From NCBI GenBank assembly GCA_937625935.1, contig OW569354.1:1-64000 (forward strand): DNA of 64,000 bases, written 5' to 3'. Origin of the DNA: Tetramitus jugosus. Taxonomy: Eukaryota > Protista > Heterolobosea. Below, piece after piece: positions 44,749 to 54,919 of the stretch (its first letter is position 1; the number at the start of each line of letters is the position of its first letter). A model generated the notes under the pieces. That model ran no database searches and was not told the DNA's origin. It saw only the letters and a list, made by a program, of their open reading frames with translations. Position numbers and translations under genes: made by a program.

Positions 44749-45657
44749 ATGAGTCTCCCAAGAAAAGTAATTGCGTCGATACTGATTCTCGCCAGTCTTT
44801 TGCAGGTCATCCTCTTTGCTGAAGCAGCAGACCAACGATTGACCAATGGAGTGTGGTCAAGTGTTACCTCAATCAGTTCCTATACTTCTCCATTGACTTA
44901 TGTACTTGATGTCGATGCTTCCAAAGATGTCATTGTGACTATTGAAAAGTCCTCCTCTTCCTCTTCCGCAGACCTCGATGTAAGTGTTGTAAACTCTCTT
45001 TTTTTTTATTCTTCCGCTCCGCCGGAGCTAACCATTTTTTACCTTTAAAAACCAAAGGTGGTGGTCGGAGTGAATGAATATCCAACTGAATACACCAACT
45101 CTTACAAGCTTCGTGTTGGTCCAGGTGTTACAAAGAGCTCCGTTCGATGCTTGACTGCTGTCGTTCATTCTGGTGTTACTGTTTCTTACTACATTAGAGT
45201 TTACTCTGCTTCCACGATTCCCTACTCGTTCAAGCTCAAGGCAGAATCAAGCCAATCAGTGGCCAAAAAAGTTGCCGGTGGTATGTTGGCTGTGGCCATC
45301 ATTGTTCCTTCCGTGTGTGTTCTCTGTTGTTTGGCTGTCGTTATCCTGTGCATTATCGGTTGTGTTGCTATTGCTCGTGGAGGTAACAAGAGAACTGTTG
45401 TTTATCAACCACCTCTTCACCAACAACAGCAACAAATCAACTTTGGTGCTCCACAGACTGGTTACACCTCTCTGCAAGACAATCAACAGTATCTCATGTC
45501 ACCAAACAACATGTATGCGCCAAGTGCTCAACCAGTGCAACAAGTACCTTATCCAACATATGCACCACAACCACAACAAGGAACAATGTACCCTGTGCAA
45601 CAATCGCAGCCACAACCACAACAATACACTCCACCAGCATTGCCAGAGAATGTATAA
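44749..45657 (+). CDS. Type I membrane protein with Cys-rich TM and P/Q/Y-rich tail
   Basis: Signal peptide; intron 44980-45057 (GTAAGT...CTAAC...AAG); TM AVAIIVPSVCVLCCLAVVILCII. Confidence 0.82.
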
Positions 45658-45899
45658 GTGGTGAACGGAAAAAACACAATGACTTCTGCACCCAAAGAAT
45701 AAAGAACTCGGATTCACGAACTAATGACCTGGAATGAATCTAGGAGTTAAGTCACTGCAACAGTTTAAGTTGATGAGCTTGTTTTTCTGAAGTTCGTTGT
45801 AGCAAGTTCGTATTGTCATTGTTTGTGCGTTTCAAGAGAACCATAACATTTCGAATCAGAACATTCTTACCAAGTCAAATACTGATTGTCCTTCTTGTT

Positions 45900-46200
45900 T
45901 GTTCAGAGCAACATTGAGAGAACATCCAGCTACTTAAATCACTGAAGTCCGACTTACATCTCCCAACACAGGCAAAGTCCTCTGCCGTTGCTCTGGTCTG
46001 GTTGACGGGGTGTGAGTTTTTGCTCTCCCATGATTGTTAGGAAGTTCAAGGCTTAAAAAAATGGGCTGCTAAATCTGCAGCGAGACCGAGTGAGCACAAC
46101 ACTACGATATACAATGCGTAGATGCACATGAGAACGGTTTGGAATGCGACATAAATCTTTCCCCAGTTGACTCTAGGTGGCTTTGTCTGCTTTTGATCCA
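45900..46200 (+). ncRNA. Candidate structured RNA, RNase P/MRP-like topology (unconfirmed)
   Basis: Lies between the poly(A) signals of two convergent genes. AAAGTCCTCTG/TAGGTGGCTTT and GCCGTT/AACGGT pairings plus internal stems. Confidence 0.25.
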
Positions 46201-46224
46201 TTATTTATTTAAGTACTTGTAACG

Positions 46225-46797
46225 TTAGCTCTGCGACTTGGATGAAGACCTGTTATTAGTGATGCGTTCATGATGTTGTTGCACAGAATCTCTCAATTGT
46301 TCATATGCGGCTGCATCATGTCCAACTAACCATAAATGTCTGACAAGAGCCACTGGTGCATGAGGTGCAATCTTTTTGGCATCCATGTATGCACGAACAA
46401 ATAATTGCTTTTGGTCCTGATTTAGAAGACGATCCAACTCGGGTAAAGCAGTTTCTTCAGTTTTTGTAAAGTGATCTCTTACCTTCTCATCGAGTTGCCT
46501 GGCTAATCCCTTATACTCCGAATCGTTTGAGTCAGAGTCGAGCAGATGTTGACAGAGACGATAGATGGGGAAATGGTTCTTCAATAGTTCGTTCTGAATG
46601 TGCTCTCCTTGATCATGAGATACACGTTTCACAATGGGACAGATAACTGCTTCTTCTAATGCCAATGTGGAGCAAATATGTTTGATCACATGAGTCATAA
46701 CAGACAGATTTCCTTGGTTGAAGTCGTCCAATTGTTGATAGATGATTCTGTGATCATCCTTCAAGAAACATAACTCTGGTGAGAGTTGACTTGTCAT
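46225..46797 (-). CDS. Hemerythrin (HHE)-like protein
   Basis: LKDDHR, LEEAVICP, KNH, DHFTKTEETALP helix pattern; one His ligand appears lost. Confidence 0.72.
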   Translation of the reverse strand: MTSQLSPELCFLKDDHRIIYQQLDDFNQGNLSVMTHVIKHICSTLALEEAVICPIVKRVSHDQGEHIQNELLKNHFPIYRLCQHLLDSDSNDSEYKGLARQLDEKVRDHFTKTEETALPELDRLLNQDQKQLFVRAYMDAKKIAPHAPVALVRHLWLVGHDAAAYEQLRDSVQQHHERITNNRSSSKSQS

Positions 46798-46857
46798 TGT
46801 TTGTTTTTGTTTGGTTGCCTGAACAAAACTATTTCAGGAGATCGATTCAATAAAAGT

Positions 46858-49134
46858 TTATAAATTGAAGGAGACTCGCTTTTGCCTCTTGGCAGGAGAC
46901 ATGTGAACATCCTCGAAAGGATTTTCATCATCTGACGTATTCATTGGTTCATCTTCATCAAAATTCCTTCTTGCTCTCTTTTTGGGTGAAGAGAACGAGG
47001 AAGTATCACAGTCAGAAAAGCCAAAGTCATCAAAATCGTCCACTTCTTCCTTCTTGACAGTCACCGGTGGTGTACCAAAGGATGCAAATGGATCAATGTC
47101 ATCAACTGTCGATCTCGTTGATGAATGAGGAGTAGTTGTAAAGCTCATAAATGGATTATCTTCTTCTTCATGCTCCATGAATTTCGCTTCACGAGACTCT
47201 TCCTTCTGATTTGTTGGCTGTGGCTCATCAAACAGATCTTGACTTTGTACTGTTGTGGATGCTGTTGAGCTAAAGTTCGATTGAGGTGTTCCACTTTCGA
47301 TTGATATTTGACGCATTTGTTCTTGCAACTCCTTAACCTTATGTTGCAAAGCGAGATTTTCACTCTGGATGTTCTTCAGATTTAATCGACAAAGCGAAAG
47401 TTCATTCAGTCCACGCTGCTCGGATTGTTTCACTTCTGTTAACTTTTGGATTGCTTTTTCGTGTTCTTGTTTCAATTGCTCCAATTCATCCTTTGTCTGC
47501 TTTAGATGAGAAGACAAATTGTTTCCGGATGGCAAATCCTTCTTTTGTTCCAAGCAATTAACATAAGTCAATACACATGCGCATGCATGTTTGCAGTTGG
47601 ATGCGACTGGACATGTGCACTTTGCTCGTTGAATCTGAATGGCTTCTTGTTCAGTTGGTGGGATCAATAAAATTTCCTGTGCATAAGGTTCAACGGAAGT
47701 TCCCCAACAATTACCTGTTAATTTGAACAATTTTACGCCATCACTCACCTCCATCACTTCTTCCAACTTCATGTGCCATGTCATTCCATCATGAAAATAT
47801 TCATTGCCTCTCTGATAAGTCGTTATTCCGAAATGATCGTACAGTGCTTTTCTGTCCTTTCCTGGATCCAAATACTTTGCAAGATTGTTCATCTTTTGAA
47901 TAGTCTGGAAAACATTCTTTTGCTGAACAGTTGGCGCAGGCTCTTGCTTGACAACAACTGTAGGTGTGGCCATGGAGCTCACTGGTGTGCTCGCAGGTGT
48001 AACACTAGAGCTAGTGGATTGCTGTGCAGGTTTGTCTTGCGATTGTGGTGGAGTATCGCAGTCCACAATTTCATCTTGTATTGGCCGGCGACTCTTGGAA
48101 GATGCACGATGATGATTCGAGCTCTTGTTGTTCTTCTCAGGCGGTGTAAACTGTACAATTTCATCTTCAACGACTGGCTTTCCAATCTGCAACAAATTCT
48201 TCTTTGGTGCATGTCTGCCTCCGACCGAAGCAGAAACAACAGGTGGTATTGGAGACCCACCAGTGGTGCTTGATACGAGTTTCAATGGCTTTACTCGTTC
48301 CTTCTTGATTGGAGTATAGTCGGCAGATTTGTGAATCTTTGGTGGTTCAGGAGAGCCTCTATTGCTACTGAACTGATGATTGGTAGGAGAAGGAACTCTA
48401 CTCTGACCATTAGTAGAATTCGTTGGACTTGTGCTCGTTGTTTTTGGAGTAACGGGCGATGCACATGCACTCTCTTCCTGCTGTTGTTCAACTGGTTGAC
48501 CATTTGTTAACATCATCATTTGCATAGGTGTATGTATATTTGCTTGTTCTGGTTGTTCAACAGCATTACTATCACTTGCCATGGAAGCCGACATTAAAAT
48601 CTTTTGTTGTAATCGCTTATTCAACTCTTCAGTGTCATCCAACAACCAATCACTGTCATCGAACAATGTTTCATCATCACCATCACCACCACCATTCGCA
48701 TGATTATTGTTATTTTCATGACTTAAATCTGCCAAATTCGATTCCATCATGTTGTTATTATTATTATTGGTATTATTATTGTTATTATTGTTACTGATAT
48801 TATAAAAAGGATTGTTATTTTTGTTATTGTTGGATGGGGGCGAAGGGGAAATGCTGTGCATGGATAGTATTCGCTTATTCATTGCTTGTTGTGATAATGT
48901 CAATTGACTATTGTTATTATTGTTGTTAGTAGGAGAAGTGGGAATGAGTGTGAAGCTTCTATTGTTGTTTTGAGGAGGTGAATAGAATCGATTCTGATAT
49001 GTACGTTGTTGTTGTTGTTGAGATTGTTGTTGTTGTGGAAAGCTTACACTGTTCAAGTTGCTTAGCTTTTCGAGTTCAAGTTGCAAGTCTTGAGTCATGA
49101 TCATTTGAGAAGCTTGTGTTGTTGTTTGAGTCAT
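46858..49134 (-). CDS. SWIM zinc-finger protein with coiled coil and long disordered regions
   Basis: YQRGNEYFHDG...GNCWGT..PY...CTCPVASNCKHACA (CxC..CKH). Confidence 0.85.
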   Translation of the reverse strand: MTQTTTQASQMIMTQDLQLELEKLSNLNSVSFPQQQQSQQQQQRTYQNRFYSPPQNNNRSFTLIPTSPTNNNNNNSQLTLSQQAMNKRILSMHSISPSPPSNNNKNNNPFYNISNNNNNNNTNNNNNNMMESNLADLSHENNNNHANGGGDGDDETLFDDSDWLLDDTEELNKRLQQKILMSASMASDSNAVEQPEQANIHTPMQMMMLTNGQPVEQQQEESACASPVTPKTTSTSPTNSTNGQSRVPSPTNHQFSSNRGSPEPPKIHKSADYTPIKKERVKPLKLVSSTTGGSPIPPVVSASVGGRHAPKKNLLQIGKPVVEDEIVQFTPPEKNNKSSNHHRASSKSRRPIQDEIVDCDTPPQSQDKPAQQSTSSSVTPASTPVSSMATPTVVVKQEPAPTVQQKNVFQTIQKMNNLAKYLDPGKDRKALYDHFGITTYQRGNEYFHDGMTWHMKLEEVMEVSDGVKLFKLTGNCWGTSVEPYAQEILLIPPTEQEAIQIQRAKCTCPVASNCKHACACVLTYVNCLEQKKDLPSGNNLSSHLKQTKDELEQLKQEHEKAIQKLTEVKQSEQRGLNELSLCRLNLKNIQSENLALQHKVKELQEQMRQISIESGTPQSNFSSTASTTVQSQDLFDEPQPTNQKEESREAKFMEHEEEDNPFMSFTTTPHSSTRSTVDDIDPFASFGTPPVTVKKEEVDDFDDFGFSDCDTSSFSSPKKRARRNFDEDEPMNTSDDENPFEDVHMSPAKRQKRVSFNL

Positions 49135-49374
49135 TGTGATTGTTGGAATATTTTGGGTTCTGTTGTGGGTTGTAGTTGTTTATTATTTGAAAGAATGATG
49201 CCTCATTGCTTTTTTGTTTGTGCAACCACAGCATCAAAGGAATGAATTCGTTGCAGGGACGAACATTGTCCAGATCCAGAAATTGTTGGAAAACTGCTTT
49301 TCCACTTCTTCCTCGCCAAAAAAACGGAAAAGCCAACGGAAAAATTAGTTGAAGCTTTCTTCCAAATCAATAAG

Positions 49375-50187
49375 ATGAGTGACGTTTTCCCGCTGGAGCT
49401 CGTGAGATTGTCTCTGTCGTTTCTACCGAGAGTAAACCAGCTCAAATTATGTACATTGTCTCGCGACATTCATCATTTGATGCTTTTTGATCCATTGTTT
49501 GTCAAGGAGACTTTTTGTAATGAGTTTTCGCAACGTACGGATCTAAACTGGGAAGGATTGCTGGACTTGATCGCACAAGAGTCATTCCATCGTTTTCATC
49601 GAGGGTATGTCGATGAAGAAGTGGATTCTCTAGTCTTGTGGGCTGCTTCTCACGGGTATGAACGGGTGATTGAATTGGCCTTGTTTTATGAGTTGCGAAG
49701 GGTATCAAGTGCCTCGGTTGATGATGTTAGTAAACGACAAGCTGAGTTATCGTCATGGATCTCTGCTCCCATGATTCATAATTTGGTGCTTGAAGCTTGC
49801 AAAACATCGTCATCTGCTCACATCTTACCCATTTTGCACAAGCATGTTCCGCAGTATCTGAAACAGTTGGACTCTGTGAAAACACCGAACGGGTACTCGG
49901 CAATTCAAGTCGCAGCCTTCTTCGAGAATACAGGAGCATTCATTTGGTTGCATGAACATGGAGCAACGATGCAAAGAGAGCATCGTTACGGTCAAACACC
50001 ATTCCATATCGCTTGTACTCGTAATTGCGTACCTATTGCCAGGTATTGCTTAGAGGTAGTGAAGGTGAATCCCGAGGATCCTGATCTCGATGGATTCACG
50101 CCTCTTAATTTGGTTAACTACAGGTACGATCTCATACGTTCGAGTCCAATGCTGGACCTGTTGCGCCGACATGGTGTAAACTGTTAG
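49375..50187 (+). CDS. F-box-like plus ankyrin-repeat protein
   Basis: FPLELVRLSLSFL; ankyrin motifs GYSAIQVAA, GQTPFHIAC, GFTPLNL. Confidence 0.85.
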   Translation: MSDVFPLELVRLSLSFLPRVNQLKLCTLSRDIHHLMLFDPLFVKETFCNEFSQRTDLNWEGLLDLIAQESFHRFHRGYVDEEVDSLVLWAASHGYERVIELALFYELRRVSSASVDDVSKRQAELSSWISAPMIHNLVLEACKTSSSAHILPILHKHVPQYLKQLDSVKTPNGYSAIQVAAFFENTGAFIWLHEHGATMQREHRYGQTPFHIACTRNCVPIARYCLEVVKVNPEDPDLDGFTPLNLVNYRYDLIRSSPMLDLLRRHGVNC

Positions 50188-50306
50188 TTTAGGTTGTGTG
50201 TCTTCAGCTGCCAATGGATGTTTTCATGGGAAACGGCGAACAAGAAGAATAGGCGAGGATACGACCACCTCGAATCTTTATCTTAGGTGTTTTACTATCA
50301 ATCTAT

Positions 50307-50957
50307 TTACTTTGGAATCATCGTATAGATTCTACTCTTTGCAATAAAAGTCAATAGTGTACAGATGTTCAAATTCGATGGCACATCCTTCATGCTTGAG
50401 AGTGATTGTTCACTAATCTCCTCAGCCGAGCAATTCTCCTTTACAATATCAGACGTCGTCAGAGAAATCGTGTCCATGTCTTTTCCCTCTTCGTAATTCA
50501 AATATTTCAAGTAAAGTGCATTCGTTGTCTCATCGTACGCAACCACGATTACATCTCTGTACATTGCTTTTGGCTTAATAAAATCCTTAAGTGAAGCAAT
50601 CGACGACATGACCAACTGATATTCGCGCGTCGTGAGCTCACTCTTGACAGATTCAACAAAATTACGTATCTTGACAAGTATCAGTTCTCTATCCAGATTT
50701 CTGTAAAAGTTGATCACAAAGGCCTGTGTGTCGGCATACTCGGAGAACCCGTATTCTCCATAGGTACCCATTGTCAGAGTGGTAAACAGGGCCTTGGGCG
50801 CGATGGTTTTTACGATTTTGTTATCCAGTTCCAGATCATTAATGATAACATTCCTTGGAAGGACAAGATTAGTGTTCTTATCAAGCAATGCTCCTTGTGC
50901 ACAAAGAGCAACTATCGAAAAAATGATTGCAATGAATAATACGCGTGGGAGCTTCAT
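50307..50957 (-). CDS. Secreted hypothetical protein
   Basis: First ATG 50957; signal peptide MKLPRVLFIAIIFSIVALCAQG; 216 aa. Confidence 0.75.
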   Translation of the reverse strand: MKLPRVLFIAIIFSIVALCAQGALLDKNTNLVLPRNVIINDLELDNKIVKTIAPKALFTTLTMGTYGEYGFSEYADTQAFVINFYRNLDRELILVKIRNFVESVKSELTTREYQLVMSSIASLKDFIKPKAMYRDVIVVAYDETTNALYLKYLNYEEGKDMDTISLTTSDIVKENCSAEEISEQSLSSMKDVPSNLNICTLLTFIAKSRIYTMIPK

Positions 50958-51089
50958 GTGTGATGTGGTTGTGCTGTTGTTTTCAGTTGAAAGGTTATGT
51001 GCTTGCGAACTTTTGACTCCAAGGAGGAGAAATGTCAAGCATCACATCTACAACGGAGAAACAATCTTAAGAATGAAAATGATCTTTAC

Positions 51090-51480
51090 GAACTGTTCTT
51101 CTTTACAGTTTTACTGGGTGACTGAATCGGGAACGGTGCTCACGAAGAGCTTCGACCTCCATAAGTCTTTATTTGTTAGCACCTTAATTGCTAGTCCCTA
51201 CTCGTGTATTATTAGATGGATTCACACTAGCTTGGCGTTATGGGTCAACATTCCAACAGACACAAAGGAACCGAGAGGATTAGTACCACCTGCATTAGGG
51301 TAGATTGGGCTCTAGGTTCTTTGTAAAGCACAAAATTCGAAGCGCGGATCCCGGTATTTTTGGTTGGGTTACGAATCTTGTGTTGTAAGATTCTCTCCAT
51401 CCGATAAAGTCATAGAATCTGGGCAACCGTGTCGCAACGGGCAGCTGCCCGAGAGGACAGTGAACCTTCTTTGCTGTCCT
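51090..51480. ncRNA. Candidate highly structured RNA of unknown class
   Basis: At least eight stems, including long-range and crossing pairings, and an ATTTTTGG (Sm-like or oligo-T) site, in an unusually long divergent intergenic gap. G-U pairs favour the + strand. Confidence 0.45.
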
Positions 51481-51562
51481 AAATCATCATGAAATCTAAC
51501 AAAATCAACAAGACATAAACAATCTCAACAATAATTGGTAAATCTTAACATACAACTACAGA

Positions 51563-53782
51563 ATGCACTCCACATCTTTGCCACACTCTAGGAATTCAAA
51601 TTCAATGATGATTGATGACCGTCAATCTGACTCAAATCCGTCAATGTCTCTGTTCGATATACCTTGTACAGGTGACTTATTTCCAGAGTCTTTCTCCCCA
51701 GATGATTGTAGCATGAACTCATTCATGGATGAGAATGACCTGGATTTGCCCATGATTTCACCACCTTGTCAGTCTCAATCAGGTCCCACTCCAACCATTT
51801 CTGAACCTACGGCAGCAAACGTCACGACCCATCATCCAACCATGAATAACAACGTCACCCAGAACAAAAATGGTGCTGATACAAAACAACAATCAACAAC
51901 TTCAAACAACGTGAGCAATGCTAAGAAAAATATGCCAGCTCCATTAATCACAAACCAACCACACAAACCCTTCTCCTGTGGAAACATTCTCGTTCCCTCC
52001 ATTCGTAAAATGAGACTGCAATCCAACGTCAACTCAACAGGAACTCCAGTGACTCCTCTAAGTGCCACAAGTCACCATACGTTGCGGTCAACCACATCTC
52101 CAACGTCGCTCAACAGCTCTTGTACACCAACGACTCCAGGCAGTGCCAAACGGAAAGTGACTGACTTTTCTGCTGATCCTCCAAGCAAGAACATCAAGAG
52201 GTCTCACGCAGCAGCGATAACAAACTCCAATAATGCTTCTCCTGTGAGTATCAATATGGTTCCTGTTCAATTAGGAATGGGCGGAAGTGGAGGTGCTGGT
52301 TCTTCCATTGCCACACTCAGAGCTAACGGTGCTGCTTCACTCGGTGAACCTCTTGGCGAACAGCACTATGCGAAAATTTATAATCTCACGAGTCACCTAG
52401 AGACTCAAACCGCGCAAGCTCGTGAGCGTATTGTAAAGTCGGTTATTACCACGCGTGATACATGGGAAAAGTTGGGCATGAGTGAAGCTTCTTCCTCTCC
52501 ATCCCCATCATCATCATTGGTCGGTGAAGAGTTTCACTTGAAGAGACGTCAGAATGTATTAATGATGCCACAGACTCATGGAGAAAACCAAGAGAGCTCT
52601 AACCTAGCTCAACAACAAACAATTGTGATTGAGAGTGCAATTGATGCAGAGGATGTACTTGATTCCATGATGCGCAACACTCTCAACTTTTTAGGTCATG
52701 ACCACTCGCAACCACAACAACAGGAAGCTCAAAAACCTTCCCCTGATACCTTGGTGCTACAACACCAAATGTGTCAATATGTACAAAACAATAGAGAACA
52801 ATTATTGTCGAGCATGTGTTGCGACAATGCTTCCAACGGTCAAGTATTGGACTATCAACAGCTCAAGAATCAAGTATTGTCTCATGACAAGTTCCCTGAA
52901 GTGTACTCTGGTATCAAGAGTGCTCTGGACAATCCTCTCGTTGTCAAAGTGGATGAAAATGAGCTCATCAACAATTTGATGCAATCCAATCAGTCAATAC
53001 AACAACAATCCACACCTGCGCTTTCATCTGCTCAATATCTCATTGAGATGAATACGCAAGATGCTCTCAAGGTTGTCCACAGTCTCTCAATCAAGGGTGA
53101 AAGCTCCTCAAGTCAAGGAATTGATATCAAATCCCTAGAGAATATTCAAATCCCTCCTACTGTAGATACATCGCTCTTCATCGATCGATTCGAGAGCTTA
53201 CAAAAGCAGTACAGTCAAGAGGTGGACCTTGTGTTTCAAACTCAAATGTATTGGATCATCAAGTATGACACCGTGTTGAATGAACATGCAATTGTGAGAC
53301 ATGTGACTCAATATGAGCGTGACTATGTCTATCAGAGCATCAACATCAAGTTCCAACTCCTTGTCCAACAACTCAAGGAAAAGTATCAGGATAAGGTTGT
53401 ATCTCTGAAGGATTTGTTGTTGATTAAGACCAGAAGAAGAGGAAATCTGCCAAAGCATGCCACAAACATTCTGAAGAATTGGTTGTTTGCCAACTTTTTG
53501 CATCCTTATCCATCTGAGTCTGAGAAGATTGAACTCGCAAAGAAAACTCAGTTGACCATGGTTCAAATATCAAATTGGTTCATCAATGCTCGTGTCAGAA
53601 CGTGGAGACCCATGCTCGAGAGTATGCTCAGTGGAGAAGGTAAGTGCAAGACAAAGAATGACCCTCAGTTGCAACACCTGCAGAACTTGACTCCAGGTCA
53701 GATTACTGCTGCATTGAACAGCAATGGACAGGAGGCTCCAAGACCACAGACAGAAGCACCATGTGGCCTGCCTCAAAAATAA
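51563..53782 (+). CDS. TALE-class homeodomain transcription factor (PBC/MEINOX-like domain plus BELL-like homeodomain)
   Basis: RRRGNLPK..LKNWLFANFLHPYPSESEK..ISNWFINARVRTWRPM; upstream helix block aligns to PBX PBC-B. Confidence 0.93.
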   Translation: MHSTSLPHSRNSNSMMIDDRQSDSNPSMSLFDIPCTGDLFPESFSPDDCSMNSFMDENDLDLPMISPPCQSQSGPTPTISEPTAANVTTHHPTMNNNVTQNKNGADTKQQSTTSNNVSNAKKNMPAPLITNQPHKPFSCGNILVPSIRKMRLQSNVNSTGTPVTPLSATSHHTLRSTTSPTSLNSSCTPTTPGSAKRKVTDFSADPPSKNIKRSHAAAITNSNNASPVSINMVPVQLGMGGSGGAGSSIATLRANGAASLGEPLGEQHYAKIYNLTSHLETQTAQARERIVKSVITTRDTWEKLGMSEASSSPSPSSSLVGEEFHLKRRQNVLMMPQTHGENQESSNLAQQQTIVIESAIDAEDVLDSMMRNTLNFLGHDHSQPQQQEAQKPSPDTLVLQHQMCQYVQNNREQLLSSMCCDNASNGQVLDYQQLKNQVLSHDKFPEVYSGIKSALDNPLVVKVDENELINNLMQSNQSIQQQSTPALSSAQYLIEMNTQDALKVVHSLSIKGESSSSQGIDIKSLENIQIPPTVDTSLFIDRFESLQKQYSQEVDLVFQTQMYWIIKYDTVLNEHAIVRHVTQYERDYVYQSINIKFQLLVQQLKEKYQDKVVSLKDLLLIKTRRRGNLPKHATNILKNWLFANFLHPYPSESEKIELAKKTQLTMVQISNWFINARVRTWRPMLESMLSGEGKCKTKNDPQLQHLQNLTPGQITAALNSNGQEAPRPQTEAPCGLPQK

Positions 53783-53890
53783 ATAATAGTGATTACATGA
53801 TTTGGGCTCGATTGGAAATGAATATGTTTTTATTTTATACACAAGAGTTCAAAAAGTCTCTCTCCTTTCATTATAAAACAGCTGCGGTGA

Positions 53891-54655
53891 TTACTCATCG
53901 GCACTAGTGGTAGTTTGAATATCGGCCTCCTTCAACAATTTATCAACTTCTGGTGCAGATAGAACGTGATATCTCACAGCACCCTCCAACACGTCTGGTC
54001 GTGTAATCGTAGAGAACTCGAGCTTCTCATTGGACAGACTTGTGGAGTCCATTGTCTTTGACATGACCTTGACTGCCAATTTCAATGCTTCCTTCACTGT
54101 CATATTCTCATTCCAATCCTGTTTCAAGATACTCTGTGCGCCCTGATTGTTTGCACCAATGGCATGTGCCTTCCAACCACCATAGTTTCCACTAGGATCC
54201 GAATGATACAATTGGAAACCGTATTGGTCATCCCATCCAGCATACAAAAATGAGACACCATATGGTCTCATACCACCAAATTGCGTATAACCCTGTTTGA
54301 GATCACACAATTGTTGAACGAGTCCTTCGACTGGCATTGGCTCCTGATAGGTGAATTGATATCTTTGAGAGGCCACTCGTGCATAATTGATCAAAATGTT
54401 TGCATCAGCAGTGATACCTGCGACAGCACAGGCAATATGATCGTCCAACTTGTACATTTTTTCCGTCTTCTTGAAATCGACATTGTCCAACAGTTTGGAA
54501 ATGATTTTCTTTTCAGCGGCGAGAACAATACCGTCCTTGGCAAGAATGCCTAGTGCGGCACCAGCGTGGCTAATGGCCTCCATGGCGTACTCGACTTGAT
54601 AGAGTCTGCCTTCTGGAGAGAAAGTTGTCGTTCTTCCGTCGTATCTTCTTGCCAT
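53891..54655 (-). CDS. PSMA4: 20S proteasome subunit alpha-3
   Basis: [62 protein letters not shown]. Confidence 0.97.
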   Translation of the reverse strand: MARRYDGRTTTFSPEGRLYQVEYAMEAISHAGAALGILAKDGIVLAAEKKIISKLLDNVDFKKTEKMYKLDDHIACAVAGITADANILINYARVASQRYQFTYQEPMPVEGLVQQLCDLKQGYTQFGGMRPYGVSFLYAGWDDQYGFQLYHSDPSGNYGGWKAHAIGANNQGAQSILKQDWNENMTVKEALKLAVKVMSKTMDSTSLSNEKLEFSTITRPDVLEGAVRYHVLSAPEVDKLLKEADIQTTTSADE

Positions 54656-54919
54656 TGTTTGTGTTGTTTATGTTATATAAAAAATATGGAGAGAAGCACG
54701 CAAGCTGATGATTTGTTTGTTCAATTTGTTGTGTTGCTTGTGGGTGCTGCTTTGATCATCATTTTCTCCTCTTGCTTAAAAATAGATTAGCAATCCTTTT
54801 GCGACTTACAAATATTTTCATTACAAAAGTTAATCGATGCTGGAACAAACACACGGAAAAACTCTTTTTCTCCTCCTGTTCCTCCAGAACAACTTTATCT
54901 CCAGAAAGCAAAAACAATC

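Noticed and set aside
50779-51303. 174-aa + strand ORF
   Set aside because: Non-ATG start, antisense to a signal-peptide gene, no motifs.
51355-51375. Definitive telomerase RNA template on the minus strand
   Set aside because: AACCCAACC encodes TTGGG rather than TTTGGG, and G-U pairing favours the opposite strand; kept only as an alternative hypothesis.
51118-51415. Lariat-capping (GIR1) ribozyme or canonical RNase P
   Set aside because: ATCGGG/CATCCGAT resembles GIR1 P10, but the preceding G, P7 and nested P15/P3 topology are missing; RNase P would need P3 and a bulged-U P4.
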